From assembly GCA_963833985.1 (NCBI GenBank), contig CAWIAD010000001.1, forward strand, positions 224,001 to 288,000: DNA of 64,000 nucleotides, written 5' to 3'. Each line of letters begins with the position of its first letter. The first letter of the stretch is position 1. Source of the DNA: an uncultured Planctomycetaceae bacterium. Its GTDB lineage: Bacteria; Planctomycetota; Planctomycetia; Isosphaerales; Isosphaeraceae. Position numbers and translations under genes: made by a program. Positions 8,564 to 18,690 of the stretch are shown here, one piece after another. The notes below the pieces were generated by a model. The model was not told where the DNA came from and did no database searches. It was given only the letters and a program-made list of their open reading frames with translations.

Positions 8564-11482
8564 ATGAGCCTTGCCGGACGCGCCGACGATCTCGAGCGAA
8601 CGCTGCACGATTGTTTCGCCCTGGAGCGGTTCCGGCCGGGCCAGCGCGAGGTCATCGAGCGCGTGCTCGGCGGCCGCGACGTGCTCTGCGTGATGCCCAC
8701 GGGAGGCGGCAAGAGCCTCTGTTACCAGTTGCCGGCCATGCTCCTGCCGGGTGTCACGCTGGTCATCAGCCCGCTCATCGCGCTCATGAAGGACCAGGTT
8801 GACGTGCTCAACCAGCGGCACCTGCCGGCCACGCTGATCAACAGCAGCCTCGACCCGGCCGATCAGTGGGCGCGGATGCAGGACGTGGAGGCTGGCAGGT
8901 ACCGACTCGTCTACGTGGCGCCGGAACGCTTTCGCAGCACCCGGTTCCTGGCCATCATGGCGCACATCAAGCCCAGTCTGCTGGCCGTGGACGAGGCCCA
9001 CTGCATCAGCGAGTGGGGGCACGACTTTCGCCCGGACTACGCTCGCCTGGGGCAAGCCCGCATTCGCCTTGGCTCACCCCCCTGCATCGCACTGACGGCA
9101 ACGGCCACAGACGCGGTCCGGCGCGACATCGCCCATCAGCTCGCGCTCCGCGACCCGGAGCTCTTCATCAGCGGGTTCGACCGGCCCAACCTGAGCTATG
9201 CCGCCGTCGAGGCCGGCCGCGACGAGGCCAAGCTGCACGAGCTGCAACGGGCGCTCGATGAGAATCCGGGGCCGGCGATCGTTTACGCTTCGAGCCGGGC
9301 GCGGTGTGAGAGCGTCGCGGAGTTTCTCTCAGACGAGCTGCGCAGGGAGGTGGTGGTGTACCATGCTGGGTTGACCCGGGAGCAGCGGACCGCGGCACAG
9401 GAGCGGTTCATGCAGGGCGACGCCGAGATCGTGGTGGCCACCAACGCCTTCGGGATGGGCGTGGACAAGGCCGAGATCCGCTCGGTTGTCCACTTCAACA
9501 TGCCCGGGACTCTGGAGGCCTACTACCAGGAGGCCGGACGGGCGGGCCGCGACGGATTGCCCGCGCGTTGCCTGCTGCTCTATTCACCCGCCGATCGCTT
9601 CCTGCAAGAACACTTCATCGAAAACGAATACCCCCCGCGCCACGCCATCTACCAGGTGTATGACTTTCTCAGGAAGCTTGATGACGATCCCATCGAGATG
9701 ACGCACACCCGGATCCGCGAGGCCGCCGGCCTGGATCTGAGCGATTCCGCGGTGGGAACCGTGCTCAAGATCCTCGACAAGTTCGGCGCGATCGAGAAGT
9801 TTCTGCCCCGCGAGAACATGGCGATCATTCGCTTCGCCGAGGAACCGGACGAGCCGGCGGCCGCGGGGCGCGCACGCCTGGTGGATCGGCTCAGCCCGCA
9901 AGCGACCGTGCAGCGCCAGGTGCTGGCCGGACTGGAGAGCCTGGTCCGGGACCGCTACGGCGAATCGGTCTACTTCCGGCCCGACGTGCTCGCGGAGTCG
10001 CTGGGGCTCGACCGCGCGGCCCTGGCGCGCGCCCTCAAGGCGCTGCGCGCCGAGCTGCCCATCGATTACATCCCGCCGTTTCGCGGCAATGCCATCCGGG
10101 TGATCGACCGGGCGTGCAAGCCGCGCGACCTCAAGATCGATTTCGCCGCTCTCGAAAAACGCAAGGAGAACGAGTACGCCAAGCTCGAGCGGATGGTTCA
10201 GTATTGCCGCCTCCGGCAGTGCCGGCGATCGCACATCCTGAGATACTTCGGCGAGGGATCAGCGCGAGGTGTTCAGTGCGGAGGGTGCGACAACTGCCAG
10301 CCGGCCGGTTCCCGTTCACGCACCCAACCGGCAAGGCCGGCGATCGACACCCCGGGCGGCCGCGAGCTCCTCCTGAAGATCCTCTCCGGCGTGGCCCGCG
10401 TGAAGGGGCGGTTCGGCAAGATCGCCATCGCCCAGATGCTCACCGGGTCGGGATCGGAGCGGATGGCGAAAGGAAGGCTCGACCAGCTCACAACCTTCGG
10501 CATCCTTCGCGACGCCGGATTCACGCGCAAGGAGGTCTCGGACATCATCGATGCCCTGGCCGTGGCGGGGCTCGTGGAGAGCCAGGAAGTCGACCGGTCA
10601 CGGCCGGTGGTCAACCTCACGGAGATGGGCTGGCAATGGCTCAAAAGCCGCGGGCCCGAGGCGCTGGTGCTGAGTCTTCCGGCGGAGTTGCTGGACCGCA
10701 TCCGCCAGTCGGGCAGCCGGAGCGGCCCGGAGCCAGGGACCGAACGCACCCCGCCGGGCGACCGCCTGGCGCCGGCTCCAGCGGAAGGGCCGTCCGGCAG
10801 CCGGCCCGCCGAGGCTCCCGGCGACCCGGGGACCGATTCGCTGCGATCCCGGTTGAAGGCCCTGAGGGTGGAGCTGGCCCGGGCGCTCAAGCAGCCGGCT
10901 TACTGCGTCTTCACCGACGAGACCCTCGAGGCGCTGGTGAGCCGCCGGCCCGTGACACCGGCCGACCTGGCCGGCATCAAGGGACTCGGACGCGCCCGCG
11001 TCGAGCGGCACGGCGCCGTCTTGCTCCAGGTGATCGCCGGCGCGGCGCCGGCTGCGATACTCCCGGCGGCGGAAAGCGGTCCTGAGCCCGCAGGCAAGAC
11101 CGAGAGGGCCATGCGCGAGCCGGCCGGCGCGACCGCTCCCCCGGAGGTCACCTCTGAGCCGCAACAGGCGGAGACCCCGGTTGCCCCGAAGCCCGCGAGC
11201 ACGTACGTGGCCACCGAGGAATGGACCCTTCGCCTCGTCGAACGCGGCTTCGGCATCGCCGAGGCCGCGGCGATCCGCGGGCTCGATCCGGCCGTCATCG
11301 TCCGCCACCTCACCTGGATGGTCCGCGGTGGCCGCCCCTTCAGGATCGAGATGGTCCTACCAGCGGAGACCATCTCTCGCTGGGATGACTGGCGGCGGGC
11401 TCACGGCGATGCCGCGCCCGTCGAACCCGAGGCAACCCTCCCTCTCTGGCCGCTGTTCCTGGCGTGCCGTAAGGCTCAATAA
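8564..11482 (+). CDS. recQ: RecQ family ATP-dependent DNA helicase with RQC and HRDC domains
   Basis: MPTGGGKSLCYQ; VDEAHCISEWGHDFRP; ATNAFGMGVDK; YYQEAGRAGRDG; CRR...CGGCDNC; HRDC PAYCVFTDETL. Confidence 0.93.
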   Translation: MSLAGRADDLERTLHDCFALERFRPGQREVIERVLGGRDVLCVMPTGGGKSLCYQLPAMLLPGVTLVISPLIALMKDQVDVLNQRHLPATLINSSLDPADQWARMQDVEAGRYRLVYVAPERFRSTRFLAIMAHIKPSLLAVDEAHCISEWGHDFRPDYARLGQARIRLGSPPCIALTATATDAVRRDIAHQLALRDPELFISGFDRPNLSYAAVEAGRDEAKLHELQRALDENPGPAIVYASSRARCESVAEFLSDELRREVVVYHAGLTREQRTAAQERFMQGDAEIVVATNAFGMGVDKAEIRSVVHFNMPGTLEAYYQEAGRAGRDGLPARCLLLYSPADRFLQEHFIENEYPPRHAIYQVYDFLRKLDDDPIEMTHTRIREAAGLDLSDSAVGTVLKILDKFGAIEKFLPRENMAIIRFAEEPDEPAAAGRARLVDRLSPQATVQRQVLAGLESLVRDRYGESVYFRPDVLAESLGLDRAALARALKALRAELPIDYIPPFRGNAIRVIDRACKPRDLKIDFAALEKRKENEYAKLERMVQYCRLRQCRRSHILRYFGEGSARGVQCGGCDNCQPAGSRSRTQPARPAIDTPGGRELLLKILSGVARVKGRFGKIAIAQMLTGSGSERMAKGRLDQLTTFGILRDAGFTRKEVSDIIDALAVAGLVESQEVDRSRPVVNLTEMGWQWLKSRGPEALVLSLPAELLDRIRQSGSRSGPEPGTERTPPGDRLAPAPAEGPSGSRPAEAPGDPGTDSLRSRLKALRVELARALKQPAYCVFTDETLEALVSRRPVTPADLAGIKGLGRARVERHGAVLLQVIAGAAPAAILPAAESGPEPAGKTERAMREPAGATAPPEVTSEPQQAETPVAPKPASTYVATEEWTLRLVERGFGIAEAAAIRGLDPAVIVRHLTWMVRGGRPFRIEMVLPAETISRWDDWRRAHGDAAPVEPEATLPLWPLFLACRKAQ

Positions 11483-11673
11483 ACTTACATGATTTGTAAT
11501 ATAATTTAATAATGTCATGATCCTCCGATCATGGCCTGCTCGGGATCAGGGCACTTTTCAGGGCGGATGCAATTGACAACGCGGGTGCGATTCGCCCAAG
11601 ATCAAGTGTTGCTGCGTCAGCTTGCGTGAACGCGCTGGTTGGACCGTCCGCCAGACTGTGACATCCGGACTCG

Positions 11674-12024
11674 ATGACCGTGATCCGATCCCGAGCGGCC
11701 AGATTCCTGCTGGCCTCCATTCTTGTCTTTTACGGCGTCGTCACCCTGAGCGGGCCGGCGCTGCATGGCCTTCCCGGCCTGGGACACCGTTCCTCCGGGT
11801 GGGCCACCGAGCAGGCTACCGCGCCTGGCCACGGCGAGCACGATGGCACGACGGTGCATGATTGCCCCATCTGCCATTTTCACACTCAGGGACAGCTCTC
11901 CACGGGCTCCGACGGCGGAGCCTGCATCGAACTGCTGCTCGATCGCGCCGTGGAGGAACCACAACTCCCCCGTGCCTGCCTGATCACGCGCCCCTCCAGC
12001 CCCCGTGCTCCACCTCTCTCGTGA
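11674..12024 (+). CDS. DUF2946/CruR-CutF-like small protein: export signal, His-rich segment, CxxC and C-terminal RAPP
   Basis: N-terminal hydrophobic helix; GHGEHDGTTVHDCPICHFH; ends SSPRAPPLS*. Confidence 0.75.
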   Translation: MTVIRSRAARFLLASILVFYGVVTLSGPALHGLPGLGHRSSGWATEQATAPGHGEHDGTTVHDCPICHFHTQGQLSTGSDGGACIELLLDRAVEEPQLPRACLITRPSSPRAPPLS

Positions 12025-12396
12025 ACCCGGACAGCCCGCGCAACGGCATCCTCGCACGGCAGCCCGGCGCCGGTAATCCGTGCCGGTTCCTTGACCTCCA
12101 GCGGCACTGTGCCACCAGGGCCAACAACCGCCCTGCCGCCGGGACACTGCGGGACTGATTGCGGCTCCATCGATCCTGGACCGGTGGAAAGCGCATCCGC
12201 CGCTCGCCGTCGCATCGCTCTCCACGGCCGCACCCTCATCGACTCGGGGTTCGCGGCACCCGATCAACCGGTGCTTCCGCGTTACTCCCCGGAGCCGAGG
12301 TTCACGATACATCCCCCATGCCGGCCGCACTTGCGTTCCAGGCGGTCGAGACCATATCCATGACGCTTCACTGCTTCGAAATAAGGATAAACACAC

Positions 12397-13448
12397 ATGA
12401 AATACAGTCAATCGAGAAAGTCGCCGGGGTTCACGCTCATCGAGCTGCTGGTGGTCATTGCCATCATCGCCGTACTCATTTCCCTGTTGCTGCCCGCCGT
12501 CCAATCGGCACGCGAGGCGGCCAGGCGCGCCACCTGCGTGAACAACCTCAAGCAGATTGGTCTGGCACTGGCCAACTACGAACAGGCTCTGGCCGTTTTT
12601 CCGCCCGGATATGTCAGCACGATCAATCTTTCCGTGGTGGATCCCTGCGATTTCGACCAGGAGTTGGGCAACGGCGTCGATCTGGGAACGGGGTGGGCAT
12701 GGGGAAGCATGATCCTGCCTTTCCTCGAGCAGCAGAATGTCTACAGTTCCATCAACTTCAATCTTTCGGTGGCCTACGCCGCTAACGACACGTGCAGTTT
12801 GACCGCGCTGAGCGTTTTCCTCTGTCCCTCTGACGACGGGCCCTCGGTCGTGCCGGTGTTCGACGATCCTCCCGATCCGGCCAACCCCGGCAGCTACAGC
12901 GGCACGCACATCGTGGATACGGTGTCGCGCGGCAACTACGTCGGCATGTGGGGCCTGGGCGAGCTCTGCGCCCAGTCGGGAGCGAACGATGCGATGAACA
13001 ACAACGGACTGGGCCCGCTCGGCCAGCACGCCGGCATCTTTTACCGCAACAGCGCGACCAAGGTCTCCGCCATCACCGACGGCACCAGCAACACGATCTC
13101 GGTCGGCGAGCGCAGCCACAATCTGAGCTACGTCACGTGGGTGGCGCGGTCGATCAACGGCTGGCTGGGCAAGACATCGCTGGTGGAGGGCGGCACCGAC
13201 CAGTTCAACCCCTCGCCCGAGGAAGCCTGGACGCAGGTCATGGGGCCATGCGGCCTTGAGGATGGCCTCCGGACGATCAACAATCCGGAGGCGCACGTCG
13301 AGGACTACTGGAGCCGGCATGCCGGTGGTGCCAACATGCTCTTCGCCGACGGATCGGTGCATTTTCTCAAAGCGTCGATCAGCCCGATTCCCTGGCGCCG
13401 CTGGCGACGCGGGCATCCGGAGAGGTGATCTCGGCCGATAGCTACTGA
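12397..13448 (+). CDS. DUF1559 prepilin-type N-terminal cleavage / H-X9-DG protein (1-bp frameshift near 13398)
   Basis: GFTLIELLVVIAIIAVLISLLLPAVQSAREAARR; ITDGTSNT; HAGGANMLFADGSV; shifted frame gives the typical ending LATRASGEVISADSY*. Confidence 0.9.
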
Positions 13449-13507
13449 CCAGGCCAGGCCAGGACTGGCCCGCTCCCGCCAGCCAGGCTGTCGGCAGCGG
13501 GCCCGGA

Positions 13508-14323
13508 TCAGGGCTCGTGGAGATAACCGGTGCCCGCGGCGAAGAACTCGGTCGTCCTGCGCGGTATGGTCCGGCCGGCGGCGCGCCTGGCACTCGCGGC
13601 AGGTTCGCGGCCGGCCGGGCCGAACGGTCTGGTCGTGCGGCCGTTCCAGTTCGCTCCCATCACCGCCGGCTCGGATTCCAGATGGATGGCGATGATCTCC
13701 GGAATCAAAACCCGATCAGGCCGCGACCACTGGAGGCCGTGCAAGAGGTCTGTGTGCTCGGCACCGCCGTCGTTGGTGGTCGGGTAGCGGGTGATGTTCG
13801 ACTGCCGGTTCCACATCTGGAAGAAGCCGATCGGCACGTACCCCCCGTAATCATAGTGGGAAAGCCGCGTGCCCATCGGCCATCCGCCCGGCGGCTGGAT
13901 CAGGTAGTGTTTCTGCCCGCCCAGACCCTTCGTCCGTTGCTCCTGCCACGCGTCCCACGTAGGGCAATTGACGCGGTCCACGCCGTGGATGGCGTGCTTC
14001 CGCAGTTCGGCGTTCTCGATGAGCTTGCGGAAGTTGCCGGGAAGGATCGTGTCCGCGTCGATGTGGATCATCCAGTCGGAGCACCTCAGATGTGCAAGAC
14101 CGAGGTTGATCGCGAGCGCCTTGTTGAACGGAGCGTTGTGCTTCTGGAAATACGGACAGAAGACCGTCCGCACCCCGTGGCGCTCGCAGACGCGGAGGGT
14201 GGCATCGTCTTCCTGGCACGTCACCACCACCCAGTCGTCGAAATGGGGCTGGTTGGCTGGAATCGCATGCTCCAGAAAATCCGCATAGTCGAGACAGACT
14301 GTCACGGCTTCGAACCGGCTCAT
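13508..14323 (-). CDS. GT-A fold (GT2-like) glycosyltransferase
   Basis: FNKALAINLG; HIDADTIL DxD motif; start at MSRFEAV. Confidence 0.7.
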   Translation of the reverse strand: MSRFEAVTVCLDYADFLEHAIPANQPHFDDWVVVTCQEDDATLRVCERHGVRTVFCPYFQKHNAPFNKALAINLGLAHLRCSDWMIHIDADTILPGNFRKLIENAELRKHAIHGVDRVNCPTWDAWQEQRTKGLGGQKHYLIQPPGGWPMGTRLSHYDYGGYVPIGFFQMWNRQSNITRYPTTNDGGAEHTDLLHGLQWSRPDRVLIPEIIAIHLESEPAVMGANWNGRTTRPFGPAGREPAASARRAAGRTIPRRTTEFFAAGTGYLHEP

Positions 14324-14514
14324 CAGCGAGCTCTCCCGGGGAGATGCTGGCTGGCGGCTCGACCCGGCCCGGCAGTGCGCCCTGAGCCAGAAGATGCGTG
14401 CCCTGGCCGGGAGATGCTCACCGTGAGACCTCCGGCCGCCCTTCCCTCCCATTCTTAGATTGTCACGTGCGCGGCGGATTCAGAAAAAAAGACAGCCGTG
14501 GCGGGATCGATTCT

Positions 14515-15877
14515 TCAGCGTGGCGGTGCATCCTGACCCAGCAAGTGCAGTAGCGTCGACCGCCTTCCCGCTGCCTCGGCGGGCAAGGTCTGATCGGTGT
14601 GAAGCCATTGGACCTGACCGGTTCTGCGGACTTTCCGGACAAGCTCCAGGAGCGTTGCGTCCTGCTCCAAGAGGCTCGACGTAAGCCGGAACCTGGTTGG
14701 GATCGTTGATGGGAACATGGCCGAGGATCTTCCGCTGCCCGTCGCTGTCGATCTCGAAGCTGCGGGCGTCCATGACGAAACCGGCGGGAAAGGATTGATC
14801 CCCCTTGAAGCGCCACCGCGCGTGATCGGGACCGGCGATCAAGCCGGTTGTCTCCGCGATGGTTCCGGGGAGCCGAAGGTCGAACACGAAGAGCGGATCC
14901 CCGCTGGCGAAGAGGCTGAGTGGTAAGTTATAGGGACCGGTCATCTGGAAGATACGGGGTGCGATCTGGTTCTTGAAGGAGGGCTCCAGCGGGTTGAGAT
15001 AAGCATCCCAGCGTTTGGTGAAACGCCCGCTGTTGCTGGTGTCGAGGATGGATTGAATCTCGAGATCGGTGAGGCGGCCGCCGTCGCGATGCCGCAGACC
15101 CAGGGCGATGCGATGGCGCAGGAACACGAGGCATCGTTTCTGAGCATCCTCTCCACCGGCGACGTTTCCTGCCGGGTCCAGGAGATCGAGCCCGAACTGC
15201 CGGCCCAGAACGGCGTACGCGGCGAGTTGCTCGTCGCCTGGGATGTGCCGGGCCATGGTGTCGTAGAAGATCAGCGACGCTTGCTCCAGGAACCGGCGGC
15301 CGTCGCCCTGACAGTAGCCAACCAGGCTGCGCACGTCGTAATCCGGTCCGTAGACCTGCTCGATGCCCTGAACCAGCAAGGGCATCACAAGCTTCAGTAG
15401 CTCGTCACGCGCCTTCAGGAACCGCTCGCGGGTCACGAAGTTCGTCAGGGTCTCCCGGAAGCGGTGCTCGCGGACGAAGCCGTAGTCGATCACCTCATAA
15501 GAGCGCGCCAGCTCACTGGCACCAAGCTCGGGGCTTGCCTGGGCGGGAGCACGGAAATGAGCCGGGATCTCGGCAATGCACGCGAACTTTCCACGGGCAG
15601 AGAAATACGCATGCCCGTCGCTGGCTTGCTGCATGCGGCGGTCCTGCCCCAGTTCCGGGGGGATCGACGTTTGTTCGAAGGAGGTCCACCGCGCCTTCCA
15701 TGCGGGCTGAAGCGCGCCTGCGGGCAGCAGATCGTCCTTCGGCTGCCAGATGGTCCGATCGCACGAGCCGTCGGCATGGATGACGGTCTCCACCTGGACC
15801 ACCGGGGCGGCGTTGCAGCCGCAGGCGGCAGCCAGAGCAGCTACGGCCAGAAGCCGCAACCAGGCGCGGGAGTTCAT
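14515..15877 (-). CDS. Putative lipoprotein, hypothetical (probable frameshift near 14675)
   Basis: Signal MNSRAWLRLLAVAALAAACGC; plausible C-terminus LLEQDATLLELVRK lies in the neighbouring frame, which ends at 14515. Confidence 0.65.
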
Positions 15878-16155
15878 GTGACCTCCGGCGGTGAAGGCCG
15901 GCCTGAACAGGGCTGAGGCGAGACGAGACGAGCTGGTCTGATTCTGTCCGCGTCTCGTCCCGGCTGTCCACCACAAATGCGCTGCAAGCCGGTGATCCGG
16001 GCTCACGGTTTCGCGCGGCCTTGACTTTCCGCGACATCGACCGGTTTTGCCTTGCTCTCCGGCCGCCAGAGGAGCATACTCCGGGTAGCGGGTTCCTACC
16101 TCTTACCCGCGATCGACGCGCCAGCGCCGAGTATCTCTGGTCAAAGGATCGTACC

Positions 16156-17178
16156 ATGGCGGAACGAACTGATCGGCGTCATTTCATGAGTTCAGCAATG
16201 CTGGGCACGGCGGGCGCAGGCGCCCTGCTGAGCCTGGAGGAGAAGAGCCTTCAGGCCGCCCTCGCTGACAAGACTCCAGCACCGGTGCCGCACCATGCCG
16301 CGTACCACGGGGAGACGCTGGCAACCGGCAAGATCGGCAAGCTGCCAGTCAGCCGGCTGCTGCTCGGCGGCAACCTGATCGGCGGCTACGCCCACAGCCG
16401 CGACCTGCTCTACGTCTCACGCCTGCTACGCGAATACAACACCGACAGCAAGATTTTTGAAACCTTCGAACTGGCTGAAGAGTCTGGCGTGAACATGATC
16501 CAGGTTTCACCAGGATCGGTGGAATACGTTGTGCGTTACCGCAAGGAGCGAGGCGGCAAGTTGCAGATGATGGTCTGCATGGACGTGGACCAGTCGGACG
16601 CGGCGAAGGTGAAGGCCCAGGTTCGCGAGCTGGTCGACAAGGGTGCCGAGACGCTCTACACTCACGGCGAGCGGACGGACCGCCAGGTGATGGCCGGCCA
16701 GATTGACACGGTGGCTCGCGCGCTCGAGATCATGAAGAGCGCGGGGGTGCCCGCGGGCATCGGCAGCCACTCGCTGGAAACACCAATGGCCAGCGAGAAG
16801 CACGGGCTGAATCCGGACTACTACGTCAAGACCTTCCATCCCGACAATTACTGGTCGGCGACTCCTGCCGAAAAGCGCGAGGAGTGGTGCTGGTACAACG
16901 GATCGACGCCCGATCACGATCATTACCATGACAACATCTTCGACCTTCACCCAGACCGCACGGCTGCGTTCATGAAGAGCGTCGAGCGCCCCTGGGTGGC
17001 ATTCAAGGTGATGGCCGCCGGTGCCATCCCCGCGCAGATCGGCATCAATCATGCCTTCCAGCACGGTGCCGATTTCGTCATCGCCGGCATGTTCGATTTT
17101 CAGCTTGCCGCCGACGTGGAGATCGTGGTCAAGGCGCTGAAGCGAACCAGGCTCCGCGAGCGGCCGTGGCGCGCCTGA
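16156..17178 (+). CDS. Tat-exported aldo/keto reductase-like TIM-barrel protein
   Basis: DRRHFM twin-arginine signal; IGKLPVSRLLLGGN; AFKVMAAG. Confidence 0.75.
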   Translation: MAERTDRRHFMSSAMLGTAGAGALLSLEEKSLQAALADKTPAPVPHHAAYHGETLATGKIGKLPVSRLLLGGNLIGGYAHSRDLLYVSRLLREYNTDSKIFETFELAEESGVNMIQVSPGSVEYVVRYRKERGGKLQMMVCMDVDQSDAAKVKAQVRELVDKGAETLYTHGERTDRQVMAGQIDTVARALEIMKSAGVPAGIGSHSLETPMASEKHGLNPDYYVKTFHPDNYWSATPAEKREEWCWYNGSTPDHDHYHDNIFDLHPDRTAAFMKSVERPWVAFKVMAAGAIPAQIGINHAFQHGADFVIAGMFDFQLAADVEIVVKALKRTRLRERPWRA

Positions 17179-17195
17179 TCCGGCTCTTCTCATGG

Positions 17196-17226
17196 GGTCA
17201 AGGCCGTTTCATCAACGACGATGAAG
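17196..17226 (+). promoter_or_regulatory. Candidate ANTAR-target RNA (AxxGxx hexaloop hairpins) overlapping the start codon
   Basis: TTCATC-AACGAC-GATGAA is a perfect stem containing the ATG; weaker upstream GGTC-AAGGCC-GTTT. Confidence 0.4.
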
Positions 17227-18690
17227 AACTCCTGGAACGGTGGTCGCGTCCTGGTGATCGATGACGATATCGACGCCAGGGCGCACCTGCGCGAGATCCT
17301 GGAGCTGGACCAGCATCACGTGGTGACGGCCGCATCGCTGAGCGAGGCGCTCTTGCTGTCGACGATTGCCGACAGCGAGGTCATCATCCTTGACCGCCGC
17401 CTGCCCGACGGCAACGCTCTGGACTTTCTTCCAGGGCTGCTGCGGCGCGTTCCCTCCTCGGAGGTGATGATCGTGACCGCCCTTTCCGATCTGGACGGTG
17501 CCATCGAGGCCCTGCGTCAGGGTGCGGCCGATTACATCGTGAAGCCGATCGACCCGGAGACCCTCCGCTTCCGCACCCAGCGCCTGATCGAGCAGCACCG
17601 GCTGACCCTGGCCCGCGCTCGAGGCGATTCTCTGTTCCGCAACCTGGTCGAGGCCGCCGAGTGCATGATCGTCATGCTCCGTCCCCGCGACCACGCCATT
17701 CTCTACTTCAGCCCATACGCCGAGCAGCTCACCGGCTACGCGGCAGCCGACGTGCTGGGCAAGAGCTTCCTCGATCTGCTCGTCACCGAGGACGACCGCA
17801 CGCGGCTGGCCGCCAGCGAGCACGCGGCCCTGGCGGGTTTTCCACAGCGCGCGATCGAGAGACAGATCCGCTGTCGCGACGGCCGCCTGCGTCCGATGGT
17901 GGGAAATCTTCGCTGCCTGCCCGACTATGATGGCTCACCGGCCCTGCTCATCGTCGACCACGATATCACCGAGCTCAAGCAGGCGCAGCAGCGGGCCCTC
18001 AACGTCGAGCGGCTGGCCGCCATCGGTCAGATGTGCGCGGGGCTGGCTCACGAGAGCCGCAATGCCCTGCAACGCAGCCAGGCATGCCTGGAGATGCTCG
18101 CCCTGAAGCTCAACGACCGGCCGGATGCGCTGGGCCTGATCGGCCGCATCCAGCAAGCTCAGGACGATCTGCACCGGCTCTATGAGGATGTCCGCGAGTA
18201 CGCTGCGCCGATCAAACTGGTGCTGCGCGATTGTGATCTGTGCGAGATCTGGCGGCGGGCATGGTCGAACCTGGAACCGTTCCGGGCCGGCAAGCAGGCG
18301 AAGCTCCGCGAGCCGGTTGCGGAAATTCACCTGGCCTGTCAGGCCGACCCGTTCCGGCTCGAGCAGGTGTTTCGCAACATTCTGGACAATGCGCTGTGCG
18401 CCCGCGACGATGACGTCGAGATCACGATCTCCGGAACGGAAATCTGGCTCGACGGCCGCCCCGCGGTCCAGCTCTCCATCTCCGACAATGGACCGGGCGT
18501 GAACCCGGATCAGCACGACAAGATTTTTGAGACGTTCTATACCACGAAGACCCGTGGGACGGGCCTGGGACTGGCCATCGTCAAGCGCATCGTGGAGGCT
18601 CACGGCGGCCGGATCTGGCTCGATGCCACGGGGCATGAAGGCGCTGAGATCATCCTGACGCTGCCCCGACAGCAAGGAGCCGGCCCATGA
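17221..18690 (+). CDS. Hybrid REC-PAS sensor histidine kinase
   Basis: VLVIDDD...ILDRRLPDG...KP receiver; PAS YFSPYAEQLTGY; AHESRNAL H-box; DNGPG; GTGLGL. Confidence 0.92.
   Translation: MKNSWNGGRVLVIDDDIDARAHLREILELDQHHVVTAASLSEALLLSTIADSEVIILDRRLPDGNALDFLPGLLRRVPSSEVMIVTALSDLDGAIEALRQGAADYIVKPIDPETLRFRTQRLIEQHRLTLARARGDSLFRNLVEAAECMIVMLRPRDHAILYFSPYAEQLTGYAAADVLGKSFLDLLVTEDDRTRLAASEHAALAGFPQRAIERQIRCRDGRLRPMVGNLRCLPDYDGSPALLIVDHDITELKQAQQRALNVERLAAIGQMCAGLAHESRNALQRSQACLEMLALKLNDRPDALGLIGRIQQAQDDLHRLYEDVREYAAPIKLVLRDCDLCEIWRRAWSNLEPFRAGKQAKLREPVAEIHLACQADPFRLEQVFRNILDNALCARDDDVEITISGTEIWLDGRPAVQLSISDNGPGVNPDQHDKIFETFYTTKTRGTGLGLAIVKRIVEAHGGRIWLDATGHEGAEIILTLPRQQGAGP

Noticed and set aside
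11617..13593. 658-aa minus-strand ORF and similar long antisense ORFs (e.g. 40481, 55534, 34929)
   Set aside because: Shadows of real genes in high-GC DNA, with no motifs
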